A DNA stretch of 64,000 nucleotides from assembly GCA_963719505.1 (NCBI GenBank), contig CAVRCF010000004.1:96001-160000 (forward strand), given 5' to 3'. Made by a program: the position numbers and the translations under genes. Below are positions 9,058 to 18,554 of the stretch, one piece after another. Position 1 is the first letter of the stretch. Every line of letters starts with the position of its first letter. This stretch comes from Halobacteriovoraceae bacterium (GTDB lineage Bacteria > Bdellovibrionota > Bacteriovoracia > Bacteriovoracales > Bacteriovoracaceae). Under the pieces are notes generated by a model. That model did not search any database. It worked only from the letters and a program-made list of their open reading frames with translations, and was not told the DNA's origin.

Positions 9058-10095
9058 ATGATGTTTAAAAACAAGACCGCTTCAGCCTTAATTCTAATGT
9101 CTCTTGCCCTAACACTTCCTTCGTGTGAGATGGCAGACAATGCCGCTAAAGCTTCTGAAAACTCCGGAAAGGCGGCTAAGGCCGCAAGTGACTCAAGAGA
9201 GGAAATTGCCAATTCAAGATTAATGGCCAGATCAGGTGCCGCTTCCGCTTCGAGAAGAGAAGCCCTTGAAGGTATTATGGCGATGGATTCAATAAGTATG
9301 AAAATTACTGAGGCTTCAAAATACGTTAAATCCTTTGAGTTTCAACTCTGGACGGGTCAAAGGTACGATACTCAGGCTTATAAAGAAAGTATGTATGAAG
9401 ACGCTATGAGTGAGCTTTTTAGGTCGGTAGAGGAGCTTTATGGCAAACCTATAGCAGGGCAGGAATTATCTCCCTTTAAAGCCTTTAGTGGAGCAAAGAA
9501 CAACAACATGAATGTCTATGCTCTTGCAGTCTCAATGCACGGAGTTCATCAAGTCCAAGGTGTCTCAACAACCAATAAAGCCTATAAAGGTGAAGATTCA
9601 ATCTACGATATTATCAAAAACTCATTGAGGTCTATCAAAAAGGTAGAAAATGGGACGGAGTCTTTCAGTTCGCTCAAAGAGCATGAAATAGTCGTTTATA
9701 ATTACAAAGAGGAAGCTCTCGCTTTAATTCAGGCCCGCTATAATATGCTTCTGACAATGAATCTTGCAAAAGTGTCAGATCTTAAAAAAAGTACCGTTTC
9801 GGGTTTGAGTCTTTTGTATTTTAAAAAGTCATTTGATTCAAAAATTACGAATATCAACCTTGGTGAGCAAAAAGAAGCTAATAAGTATTTAGATGCAGCG
9901 CTTAAGGTTCAAGACTTTATGCAGGAGATTGGTGAGAGGACTATCGTCAACGATAAGATAGCAAAGATCTATTCAAAAATGAGAATTTCCCAAACTGACT
10001 CGGTCATCATCTCGGATATAACAACGATGGAACAAAGACAAAGTAACAGTAATGTTGATGAACATAAATCTTTGTTAGACAAACTTGGTTTATAG
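9058..10095 (+). CDS. Hypothetical lipoprotein
   Basis: Lipobox LPSC; Ala-rich helical N-terminus; RBS ggaga. Confidence 0.7.
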   Translation: MMFKNKTASALILMSLALTLPSCEMADNAAKASENSGKAAKAASDSREEIANSRLMARSGAASASRREALEGIMAMDSISMKITEASKYVKSFEFQLWTGQRYDTQAYKESMYEDAMSELFRSVEELYGKPIAGQELSPFKAFSGAKNNNMNVYALAVSMHGVHQVQGVSTTNKAYKGEDSIYDIIKNSLRSIKKVENGTESFSSLKEHEIVVYNYKEEALALIQARYNMLLTMNLAKVSDLKKSTVSGLSLLYFKKSFDSKITNINLGEQKEANKYLDAALKVQDFMQEIGERTIVNDKIAKIYSKMRISQTDSVIISDITTMEQRQSNSNVDEHKSLLDKLGL

Positions 10096-10114
10096 GATAA
10101 ATATTTATAGTCTT

Positions 10115-10147
10115 AAAAAAGCTGTGACTAATCACAGCTTTTTTTTT
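10115..10147. terminator. Intrinsic terminator with A- and T-tails (potentially bidirectional)
   Basis: aaaaaa-gctgtga-ctaa-tcacagc-ttttttttt. Confidence 0.85.
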
Positions 10148-10155
10148 GGAATAAG

Positions 10156-10836
10156 ATGAGTTTATTTACCGCAAAAACATTTAAATACTTTGATGAGGCC
10201 AACAAAAACGCTAAATCTGAAACTTGGTTTGACGAAAACAAAGACCTGTACAATGAGCAAGTTAAAGATCCCTTTGGTGAGCTCTTAAATGTGCTTGATG
10301 CAAGGTTTGCTGATGACCTTGAAAGTATCTCAATATCACCTCGAAACCTCTCAAAGCCAAAGCGACCCAAGAACAAATGGGCTGACAAAGGAGTTAACAA
10401 AGACTTTGCCGGCTTTCTTTTAGCTCAAAAAAGATCCTCACTGTTTGAGTGGAATCCTGGTATTCATTTTCAACTTGGATCGCCGCGCGATGATAATCAT
10501 ATTGGAATGGGTCTGTACATGGTCTCTAGTCGACAAATGAAGCGGCTGCGTGAAGCTTTAGTGAATGATTTTGATTCGCTAGAGGAAATTATGGCTGATA
10601 AAAGATTTATCAGCCACTGGGGCGAAATTGTAGGGGAGAGATATAAACGTCTTCCTGCAGGACTCCCTGAGAAGCATAAGGCATTAGACTACTTTTTTTA
10701 TAAGCAATTTTATATTTCTAAAAGTTTTACGAGAACTGAGGTGAAGAAAGCCTCATTCCTGGGTGAGGTTATCGATTCAATTGATGCAGGCTTGCCTCTT
10801 CTTCGGTGGATCAGAAGATCAGTGGGAGTCCATTAA
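10156..10836 (+). CDS. DUF2461 family protein
   Basis: N-terminal TFKYF..N..WFDENKDLY..VKDPF and C-terminal G..YKRLPAG pattern. Confidence 0.75.
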   Translation: MSLFTAKTFKYFDEANKNAKSETWFDENKDLYNEQVKDPFGELLNVLDARFADDLESISISPRNLSKPKRPKNKWADKGVNKDFAGFLLAQKRSSLFEWNPGIHFQLGSPRDDNHIGMGLYMVSSRQMKRLREALVNDFDSLEEIMADKRFISHWGEIVGERYKRLPAGLPEKHKALDYFFYKQFYISKSFTRTEVKKASFLGEVIDSIDAGLPLLRWIRRSVGVH

Positions 10837-11015
10837 CTTCTGGTGATATTTAATTGAGGGCTTTCGGGGTCAGAAAAATCAACCTCGTACTCAATAGGCC
10901 TACAACAGACTTCACAGTCAATAATCATTTGCTGTTTTGTACCATCTGAAGGGTAGAACTCCATCCAAATATTTTCACCACAAAAGGGACAATTTAAGTT
11001 AAACTCGTTAATCAT
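10833..11015 (-). CDS. CPXCG-motif cysteine-rich (zinc-ribbon) protein
   Basis: CPFCGE...DCEVCCRPI. Confidence 0.9.
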   Translation of the reverse strand: MINEFNLNCPFCGENIWMEFYPSDGTKQQMIIDCEVCCRPIEYEVDFSDPESPQLNITRS

Positions 11016-11031
11016 TATGGGATTATAGCAA

Positions 11032-12345
11032 ATGAAAAAGACTTATTCTATCATTGATATTGAGACAACCGGTGGATATCGAAATGGCAATAAAATCACA
11101 GAGATTGCCATCATTAACTTCGACGGAAAACAAATCCTTGAAGAGTACTCAACCTTGATAAATCCACAGATTAATATACCCTTTACCATTACAAGGCTTA
11201 CTGGAATTACTAACGAGATGGTTGCCGATGCCCCTAAGTTTTATGAGGTTGCAAAGAAAATTGTCCAAATGACTGAGGGAAATATTTTTGTAGCCCATAA
11301 TGTCTTTTTTGATTACAACTTTATTAAACACGAGTTTAGTGAACTTGGGTTTAACTTTAAAAGAGATAAGCTTTGTACCGTGAGACTGGCAAGAAAGTTT
11401 CTTCCAGGTCATAGTAGCTACTCTCTAGGTAAAATCTGTCATGACTTGGGCATTGAAATAACGGCTAGGCACCGAGCCATGGGGGACGCCAAAGCCACGG
11501 TTGAATTATTGAAGATGATTCTTGCGAAAAAGGACTTTGGTAGTGAACAGTTTGTAGAGAGTAAGAAAATAAGTCTTCCCAAAAATGTCGATCGAAAATC
11601 TTTTGAAGCTTTGCCATCCAAACCTGGAGTTTACTACTTTTATGATTTAACAGGAAATTTGCTCTATGTTGGAAAAAGTAAAGAGATAAAGAAAAGAGTC
11701 TCGAGTCATTTTAGACCAGACATGAAGCGCAAAAAAGATATAGAACTTAAAAACGCTATAGCACATATAGACTTTACGGTGCTGGGCTCAGAGTTAGCGG
11801 CACTTCTTTTTGAAGGGAGTCAGATTAATGAATTAAAGCCAAGATTTAATACTGCTCTCAAAGGATCACACTTTCCCATAAGGGTAAGTTTATCAAAAGC
11901 CTCTGCTGTCCACGCTTTAAAAAAAAGTAGTCAAGTTAATGAGGGAAGTGAGCTTTACTCATTTAAAAACAAAAAGAATGCTCAAACGTTTATCAATAGT
12001 ATCTACCAGAGTTTTTTGAATGTTGACGAGGACTCTTTGGAGTTTGAAAATAGGAAGAATCAGTTTATAGAAAAGTTTGGAGTGGATTTGTTTAATAATT
12101 TTCTATCTTCAAATCTTAATCGTTTGATTCCTAAAAAAGATTCGTTCATGTTAAAACTCAATGGCCGCATAAGAGGTGAAGTTTGCTTTTTGATTGTTGA
12201 AAAATTTATCCCGAAAAAACTCGTTTTTTTGTCAGAAGACAAAGAAGTTGTTCCACTGAGGTCTACTCCACAGATGCAAAGATTGCTTTATAATTATATT
12301 AAAAAGTACAAGCTGAAGATTATGGATTTGGAAACTGACTTATAA
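11032..12345 (+). CDS. DEDDh (DnaQ-like) exonuclease fused to GIY-YIG (Cho/UvrC-like) domain
   Basis: DIETTG, VAHNVFFD, HRAMGDA; LPSKPGVYYF...LYVGKSKEIKKRVSSHF...P-R-FN. Confidence 0.9.
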   Translation: MKKTYSIIDIETTGGYRNGNKITEIAIINFDGKQILEEYSTLINPQINIPFTITRLTGITNEMVADAPKFYEVAKKIVQMTEGNIFVAHNVFFDYNFIKHEFSELGFNFKRDKLCTVRLARKFLPGHSSYSLGKICHDLGIEITARHRAMGDAKATVELLKMILAKKDFGSEQFVESKKISLPKNVDRKSFEALPSKPGVYYFYDLTGNLLYVGKSKEIKKRVSSHFRPDMKRKKDIELKNAIAHIDFTVLGSELAALLFEGSQINELKPRFNTALKGSHFPIRVSLSKASAVHALKKSSQVNEGSELYSFKNKKNAQTFINSIYQSFLNVDEDSLEFENRKNQFIEKFGVDLFNNFLSSNLNRLIPKKDSFMLKLNGRIRGEVCFLIVEKFIPKKLVFLSEDKEVVPLRSTPQMQRLLYNYIKKYKLKIMDLETDL

Positions 12346-13054
12346 ATGCTTCTCTAACATTATGGGTTCCACCTAGTTGTTCAAGATTTTGGTAGAGTGT
12401 TATAAGGTAGACTCCAAGAAAAATAAAATCTGTCCTGATCTCGACCTCATGCTCCACGAAAAACTTAAAAAGTTCAGCAAAAGAGTCGTTGAAGGCATCC
12501 AATTTGAACTCGACTTGTGTTTGGTCTCCACTTCCAAAATGATTTATAAAGAGTCCTTTTAACTCTAGGACTTCTTCGTCATTGAGGTCGGTGGATAGTC
12601 CTAGATCAGACAAAGCTTTTACAAAAGTGGTATGTTCTTCGAAATAAAAGCTTTTATATAGCTCAATTAAAGCTTTTCGAAAGTCGTCTTTCATTTTGTA
12701 CCATGTACTATTTGGCTTCCAATGAACGACAGAGCCAGACTGAGAAAAATGCTGAGATCTCATATCTAGGACCAAGCCTTTTTCATTCTTCAATTGCCCA
12801 AAGTACAACTTAAGAATCTCTTGGCCTAAACTTTGGTCAACCGTACTTTGTGTACTTTTGTTCACAATTTTTAAATTCTTGCCTTCAAGATATTGCAAGG
12901 TGCCAAAAAACTTCGGCTCCAGCTCAGACTTACCAAAACGCAGAAGGAAAGGAGCTGCCTCCTTGAGAACCTCTTTGATATTGACCGATTTGAGGATTAT
13001 CGTTGGAAGATTACTGAGGATTTCTTTGAGAATTTTTGGAGCGAATAATAACAT
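12320..13054 (-). CDS. Hypothetical protein, weak resemblance to the C-lobe of ABC1/UbiB atypical kinases
   Basis: 244-aa ORF with RBS agga; C-terminal DFIFLG..L..LY..L..LG...NVR pattern; no intact kinase catalytic motifs. Confidence 0.45.
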   Translation of the reverse strand: MLLFAPKILKEILSNLPTIILKSVNIKEVLKEAAPFLLRFGKSELEPKFFGTLQYLEGKNLKIVNKSTQSTVDQSLGQEILKLYFGQLKNEKGLVLDMRSQHFSQSGSVVHWKPNSTWYKMKDDFRKALIELYKSFYFEEHTTFVKALSDLGLSTDLNDEEVLELKGLFINHFGSGDQTQVEFKLDAFNDSFAELFKFFVEHEVEIRTDFIFLGVYLITLYQNLEQLGGTHNVREAFISQFPNP

Positions 13055-13118
13055 GGTCCTAATCTAAAGTAATTCGGAATCATTGTCCAATTGGATTTAG
13101 ATCTGATACTTTAACTCT

Positions 13119-14480
13119 ATGAAAACAATCGCAATTGCTGGAGCCTCAGGGTTCGTGGGCAGAAAAGTTATTCAAGAAATACTCAATCGAAGCGATGACA
13201 AGATCATCGCTCTTTCCAGGTCTCATAGAGAATCTACCCAAAGAGTTTCTTGGAAAAAATGTGATTTATTTTCACGTAAGGAAATAGAGGCTTCAATCAA
13301 AGGGGCTGATGTACTTATTTATCTTGTTCACAGTATGGAGCCTAGTGCCAGGCTAGATCAAGCGCGCTTTGATGACTACGATCTGTTTTTGGCCGACAAC
13401 TTTGGACGAATCGCTGAGAAGTTGGGAATTAAGAAATTCATTTACTTGGGAGGAATTATTCCCAGTGGTATTGAGTTATCAAAACATCTCGAGTCAAGAC
13501 TTGAAGTTGAATACGCTCTTAGAGAATACATTCCCAATTACGTCTGTTTAAGAGCAGGTTTGGTTTTAGGAAGTGGTGGAAGTTCTTATAATATACTCAT
13601 CAATCTTGTGAAAAGACTCCCTGTTCTTATTTGCCCTAAATGGTCTTTAAACGAAACCAGCCCAGTTCACGTCTCACAAGTTGTTGAATCTATTCTCTTT
13701 GCCTTTAACAGTGATAGCGTAAATAAATCAGTCATTAATCTCACATCAAAAGATAAGGTCTCATACTTTGATCTTTTGAAAAAAACGGCCGGTTTTTTAA
13801 ATAAGAAAAGAAAATTTATAAAGATTAATATTCCCATACTGACCATATCAAGGTTTTGGGTTTCTCTTTTTTCTGGAGCATCGAGAAGGCTAGTATATCC
13901 TTTGCTTGAATCTCTTAGGCATCCGATGCTTGTGAGCGAAAGAAATAAAGGTTTAGGTGTCAAGATTTACACTGTAGATGAGGCATTGAAAAAAACTGTT
14001 GAGGAGGGTGAAGACAAACCCTATAAGTTTAAAAGTGGAACGAATCACGAAAGCTTTGTGCGATCAGTACAGCGAGCGAGACTACCAGGTGCTTTAACTG
14101 CAAAAGATGCAGCCCATGAGTATATGGTTTGGTTGCCTCGGTTTTTATTTCCTTTTGTTATTGTTGTGGTGGATGGTCCGTGGATTACTTTTTCAGTTAT
14201 TGTCCCTCAACTAAAGATTTTAATTTTAAAAAGAAGGCAAGAATCTACCAGTGATCTCCAATCTTTTCGAATCAAAGGTGGTTTGTTGGCCCTTAAGCAC
14301 GACAAAGGACGTCTTGAATTCAGAGAGGTTTTGGATGGGAAGTATCTTTTGATGTCTATCCATGACTTTTATCCTTCGCTTCCTTGGTATATTTATCGTT
14401 ACTCTCAAGCTGTGATGCACTTGTTTGTGATGAATTCATTTAAAAATTATCTATCTCGATTAGGAGCTAAGCATGACTAA
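13119..14480 (+). CDS. YbjT-like atypical SDR/NAD(P)H-binding protein with C-terminal DUF2867-like domain
   Basis: GASGFVG, YLVHSM, LSKHLESRLEVE, LRAGLVLGSGGSSY. Confidence 0.8.
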   Translation: MKTIAIAGASGFVGRKVIQEILNRSDDKIIALSRSHRESTQRVSWKKCDLFSRKEIEASIKGADVLIYLVHSMEPSARLDQARFDDYDLFLADNFGRIAEKLGIKKFIYLGGIIPSGIELSKHLESRLEVEYALREYIPNYVCLRAGLVLGSGGSSYNILINLVKRLPVLICPKWSLNETSPVHVSQVVESILFAFNSDSVNKSVINLTSKDKVSYFDLLKKTAGFLNKKRKFIKINIPILTISRFWVSLFSGASRRLVYPLLESLRHPMLVSERNKGLGVKIYTVDEALKKTVEEGEDKPYKFKSGTNHESFVRSVQRARLPGALTAKDAAHEYMVWLPRFLFPFVIVVVDGPWITFSVIVPQLKILILKRRQESTSDLQSFRIKGGLLALKHDKGRLEFREVLDGKYLLMSIHDFYPSLPWYIYRYSQAVMHLFVMNSFKNYLSRLGAKHD

Positions 14481-15687
14481 AATTTTAATAATCGGTGCCT
14501 CTGGATTTGTTGGGTCAAATCTACTTAATCATTTTGAAGGTCTCTCTACTTCAGTTAGAGTTATGTCTAGAAACCCAAAAAAAATAAATTCTGACAGTTC
14601 CTTGACTGAAATAGTCGAGGGCGATTTAGATAATCCTGAAACTCTAGGAGCAGCTGTCGCGGGAATTGAAACCATATACTATCTGTCTCATGCCATGGGG
14701 TATGCCGGGTCTGATTTTGAACGGCAAGAGAAAGTTCAAGCTGAAAACCTTCTCTCTGTGATTGATCAGAATGTGAAGATTATCTATCTTTCGGGAATAA
14801 TTCCCTCCAGTGTTCTCAGCAAACATTTGCGATCACGAAAACAAGTTGGTGATATCTTACGTTCAGCCGGAAATATTGTAATTGAGTTTAGAGCTTCTAT
14901 TATCATCGGAGAGGGGTCGACTTCTTTTGAGATGATAAGGTCACTGGTTAATAGAGTTCCATTTATTCTCAGTGCTAAGTGGTCTCAAAGCTTCTGCCAA
15001 CCTATCTCTATTGTTAATGTTGTTCAGTTTTTGGCACTTGCTGAATCCAAAGAATTTGAAAACCCTGAGTATTTTGATATTGGGGACAAGGATATATTTA
15101 AGTACAAAGACCTCTTAGTTGAATACGCGAAATCTGAAAACCTAAGAAGACCAGAGATTAAAGTTGATGACTTCCCAAAGGAACTTGCCGCTAAACTTCT
15201 AGGTGTCGTTATTCCAGAGTACAGTCTCGTTGGCGAAAAGCTTATAGAAAGTATCGAGCACGAAACAATTTTGACTGATAGTAAAGCGGCAAAGACCTTC
15301 GGGATAGAGCCTTTACCTTTTGATCAGGTTTTAAATCTTGTGCCAAAGATAAAGCTTGAGGAGAGAAACTTTGATTCTTTCTTTCGGTTTTTGCAAAACA
15401 ACAAAGACTTGCCAGATTACTTAAAAGGGCAAGTCCTAATGTATACAATAGAGGTTAGTGATTCTTTTGATATCGCTAGTTGGATCGACAATCTCAATTC
15501 GATACCGCTTTTAAAAATATCTAAAGATCAGACCAAAGGTTTTATTTTAAAGATTCCTTTTGTTGGACAAATTGGAATCAAACTTTCTCCTGATAATAAA
15601 AAACTTCTCCTTGCTGTCGAGGCTAAGTATTTCTTTCAAAAAGCTGGCTTCGGTCTTGTGAATGCCGTTTTAAGTAAGATTAAATGA
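14473..15687 (+). CDS. Second YbjT-like atypical SDR
   Basis: GASGFVG, YYLSHAM, LSKHLRSRKQVG, FRASIIIGEGSTSFEM; overlaps upstream paralog. Confidence 0.8.
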   Translation: MTKILIIGASGFVGSNLLNHFEGLSTSVRVMSRNPKKINSDSSLTEIVEGDLDNPETLGAAVAGIETIYYLSHAMGYAGSDFERQEKVQAENLLSVIDQNVKIIYLSGIIPSSVLSKHLRSRKQVGDILRSAGNIVIEFRASIIIGEGSTSFEMIRSLVNRVPFILSAKWSQSFCQPISIVNVVQFLALAESKEFENPEYFDIGDKDIFKYKDLLVEYAKSENLRRPEIKVDDFPKELAAKLLGVVIPEYSLVGEKLIESIEHETILTDSKAAKTFGIEPLPFDQVLNLVPKIKLEERNFDSFFRFLQNNKDLPDYLKGQVLMYTIEVSDSFDIASWIDNLNSIPLLKISKDQTKGFILKIPFVGQIGIKLSPDNKKLLLAVEAKYFFQKAGFGLVNAVLSKIK

Positions 15688-16925
15688 AAGTTCTCTTCCT
15701 GCTGTTTCTTTCCATCAGTCTTTACGCTTTTGAAATCGAAATAGAGGGAAATACAAAAACTCAATCCAATATAATAAGAATTGAACTTGCAGATCTGACA
15801 TCAAGAAAAATAGATTCAAATCTTCTTGATGAGATCGAAAGAAGAATATGGAATTTGAGACTTTTTTCTAAGGTCGATATTAAACCAAAAGATGAAAGTG
15901 TTTTAATTACAGTCTCTGAGAGGTGGACGACAATACCAATAGCCAAGTTTTCCTCTGGGGGAGACTCAACTTATATTGCCCTTGGGGCTTACGACATCAA
16001 TACCCTAGGAAGAAACCTCGAGATTGGTGCCCAGTATGAAGAACTCAATGACAGACCAGCTGGAGTTTTATGGTTTCGAAAACCTCAATTCTTAGACAAT
16101 AGAAATTTAAATATTGGAATGGATTTTTGGACGATTAATAGGATTCGTGTTTTTTACGATAGTAATGGCGAAGAGAATGGGGCATTTACACTTATTCGCA
16201 AGAGGCTGAATACCTTTGTTGAGCAAAAATGGGATAGTGACTTTTTCTTATTAGGTCTTCAATTTGATTTCCATAACGATGAAATTTCGGAGTTTGGCAT
16301 CGGTGACGAATTAGAGGACGAGAATAGGGAAAATAATTTAGTTTTTGATCAGCGCTCGATTAGTAAGTTTCTTAGAATCTATTTTCGAGTAGGGCGAGTA
16401 AACTTTCAAAATTATTTAGTCGATGGATCTGATGTTCAGGTCGAATCGGCTGTTGTCTATTCCTCAGTAGAAGATAACGCTTTGTCTGATTCTAAACTAA
16501 TATTTAGGCATTTTACCCTTCTTCCTAATCACATCAATGTGGCCTGGCAGTTTTCTATGGAAACGACAAATTTAGAAAATATTCAATATCAAAAGTTCGT
16601 TGGAGGTTTCTCTGAAGTCAGGGGTTATAGAGATGGTCAGTTTTATGACAACGCCTTTTGGAATAACAATGTAGAAGTCAGATTTGATGCTTGGGAAAAT
16701 AGTTTAGGAGTTGTTCAAGGGGCCATTTTTTCTGATCAAGCTAAAGAGGGTGAAAGCATCAAGGAGAGTTTTAATTCTGAGGAAAGAGTTTTGGTATCTT
16801 CGGGTTTTGGCATTCGATTAATTTCTCCTAAAATTTTCAGATTTGTAGCCAGGCTCGATTATGCAATAACGCATACCCGTTTTATCGACCAAAATCTTTC
16901 TTTTGATATTCAACAGTTTTTTTAG
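15684..16925 (+). CDS. Single-POTRA Omp85/BamA-TamA superfamily outer-membrane protein
   Basis: Signal peptide; POTRA (IEGNTKT...LFSKV...VSERW); VRGY loop motif; C-terminal Phe. Confidence 0.8.
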   Translation: MKVLFLLFLSISLYAFEIEIEGNTKTQSNIIRIELADLTSRKIDSNLLDEIERRIWNLRLFSKVDIKPKDESVLITVSERWTTIPIAKFSSGGDSTYIALGAYDINTLGRNLEIGAQYEELNDRPAGVLWFRKPQFLDNRNLNIGMDFWTINRIRVFYDSNGEENGAFTLIRKRLNTFVEQKWDSDFFLLGLQFDFHNDEISEFGIGDELEDENRENNLVFDQRSISKFLRIYFRVGRVNFQNYLVDGSDVQVESAVVYSSVEDNALSDSKLIFRHFTLLPNHINVAWQFSMETTNLENIQYQKFVGGFSEVRGYRDGQFYDNAFWNNNVEVRFDAWENSLGVVQGAIFSDQAKEGESIKESFNSEERVLVSSGFGIRLISPKIFRFVARLDYAITHTRFIDQNLSFDIQQFF

Positions 16926-16927
16926 TT

Positions 16928-18013
16928 ATGGAACCTTTTAAAAATAAATTTAATCCAAATTCAATCAAGCTTCTGTCGGAGTCTTTCGCATATTTCGATG
17001 AATCTTTTAATCGAGATAGCTTTATAAATGAGGCTTGTCAGAATCTTGCCTCACTAGAGATGAAAGACAGGGCCGTCCAGATATCTGAAGCTTTCTCCAA
17101 TCAATTAAGTGGTACAAAAACAGCGAAAGCGCGGAAGATTAAAGCATTTTTAATGAAAACCCAGCTTTCAGGCTTTATTCTTTGGCCAATTTCTATTTAT
17201 ATCGAAAGGCACTTCATAGATGATTTTAAGCTAGGAATGGATCTGTTAACCGAACTCACAAAAGTTTTTACCAGTGAGTTCGGTGTAAGACCTTTCTTAG
17301 AGAATTATCCTTTAGAAACTTATGCTTATTTAAAAAGTAAGTGTGATCACAAAAATGAGCATGTGCGACGGTGGATAACAGAGGGAACGAGACCTAATTT
17401 GCCGTGGGGAATGAATATCTCTCATTTAAATAATAATCTTTCTCAAAATATAGAGTTATTAGAACATCTCAAAGAAGATTCTTCTCTCTATGTGCGAAAA
17501 TCAGTCGCAAACCATATGAGTGATATTTCAATGATAAATTCAGCTTTGGCCTTAAAGACTTTAAAGAGATGGAATGCAAAAGGTTCTGTTCATGTTAGGT
17601 GGATCGTAAAGCAAGCTTTGAGAAATTTAATTAAGGCTGGGAATAAAGAAGCATTGTCCATTCTTGGGTTTAAAGAAGACTTTGCCATTACCCAGATAAA
17701 AATCTCTTTTAATCCAAAAAATATTAGACCCCCTGAAGATGGAAGACTCAAATTTTCTTTCCAATCTGATAAAGACCAAAATCTCATGATTGACTACATT
17801 CTCCATTTTCTAAAGAAAAATGGTACCTATTCTCAAAAGGTATTCAAATTAAAATCAAATCAATATTTAGCTGGCAAAAGTGTTCTTATAGAAAAGAAGA
17901 TTAGCTTTAAGTCTATAAGTACTAGAACTTATTACCCAGGCCTTTATAAAATTGATATCCAAGTCAATGGTGATCTTGTTGCAGGGACAAGGTTTAACCT
18001 TCTAGAAGGTTGA
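16928..18013 (+). CDS. DNA alkylation repair enzyme (AlkC-like HEAT-repeat glycosylase with Ig-like C-terminal domain)
   Basis: FTSEFGVRPFL, HVRRWITEGTRPNLPWG, DSSLYVRKSVANH, STRTYYPG...VNG. Confidence 0.88.
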   Translation: MEPFKNKFNPNSIKLLSESFAYFDESFNRDSFINEACQNLASLEMKDRAVQISEAFSNQLSGTKTAKARKIKAFLMKTQLSGFILWPISIYIERHFIDDFKLGMDLLTELTKVFTSEFGVRPFLENYPLETYAYLKSKCDHKNEHVRRWITEGTRPNLPWGMNISHLNNNLSQNIELLEHLKEDSSLYVRKSVANHMSDISMINSALALKTLKRWNAKGSVHVRWIVKQALRNLIKAGNKEALSILGFKEDFAITQIKISFNPKNIRPPEDGRLKFSFQSDKDQNLMIDYILHFLKKNGTYSQKVFKLKSNQYLAGKSVLIEKKISFKSISTRTYYPGLYKIDIQVNGDLVAGTRFNLLEG

Positions 18014-18520
18014 ATCTATTTGGTTCTTGTATCTGAGAGCTGTCGTTCTTAGAGCATAATCCTGTTCTTGTTTAAGCTGCGCTAATAGTTCTTTTTCCAA
18101 AGGAAAATAGCGAGTTAACTTATCAATATTTATTGGTTGAGAATAAATTAAGTCTATGATTTTTTCTTTGGGTGCTTTGTTCTCTCTCATGAGATAATAG
18201 GCATATTGCGTTGGTGTGATGGCATAAATAGCACTGGGATCTTTTGCAAAAACTTCTTGTTTTGGGAAAAAAGATCTGATCTTGTATTTTGGAAAGACTA
18301 TATTTGGGTACTGAGTTTCGCTTTTAAGGATGCTTCCAGAGAACCAAATATAATTAAAATCGATTAATGACTTTTTTAAATAGTCTCTTTGAACCTTTGA
18401 GAGGATATCATAGTCGTTATAATCATACTCTTTAGTACAGAAGACAGTTATAAAATTGATTTCTTCTTCATGAAGAAGAAGGTAATCATCTTTTTTTATT
18501 CTCTCTCTAAACTTTTGCAT
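18002..18520 (-). CDS. Hypothetical protein
   Basis: 172-aa ORF following sulP on the same strand; no recognised motif. Confidence 0.55.
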   Translation of the reverse strand: MQKFRERIKKDDYLLLHEEEINFITVFCTKEYDYNDYDILSKVQRDYLKKSLIDFNYIWFSGSILKSETQYPNIVFPKYKIRSFFPKQEVFAKDPSAIYAITPTQYAYYLMRENKAPKEKIIDLIYSQPINIDKLTRYFPLEKELLAQLKQEQDYALRTTALRYKNQIDSTF

Positions 18521-18554
18521 CGTTGTGTTAAGCTCTTTTTATTAAAGAAGAGGT

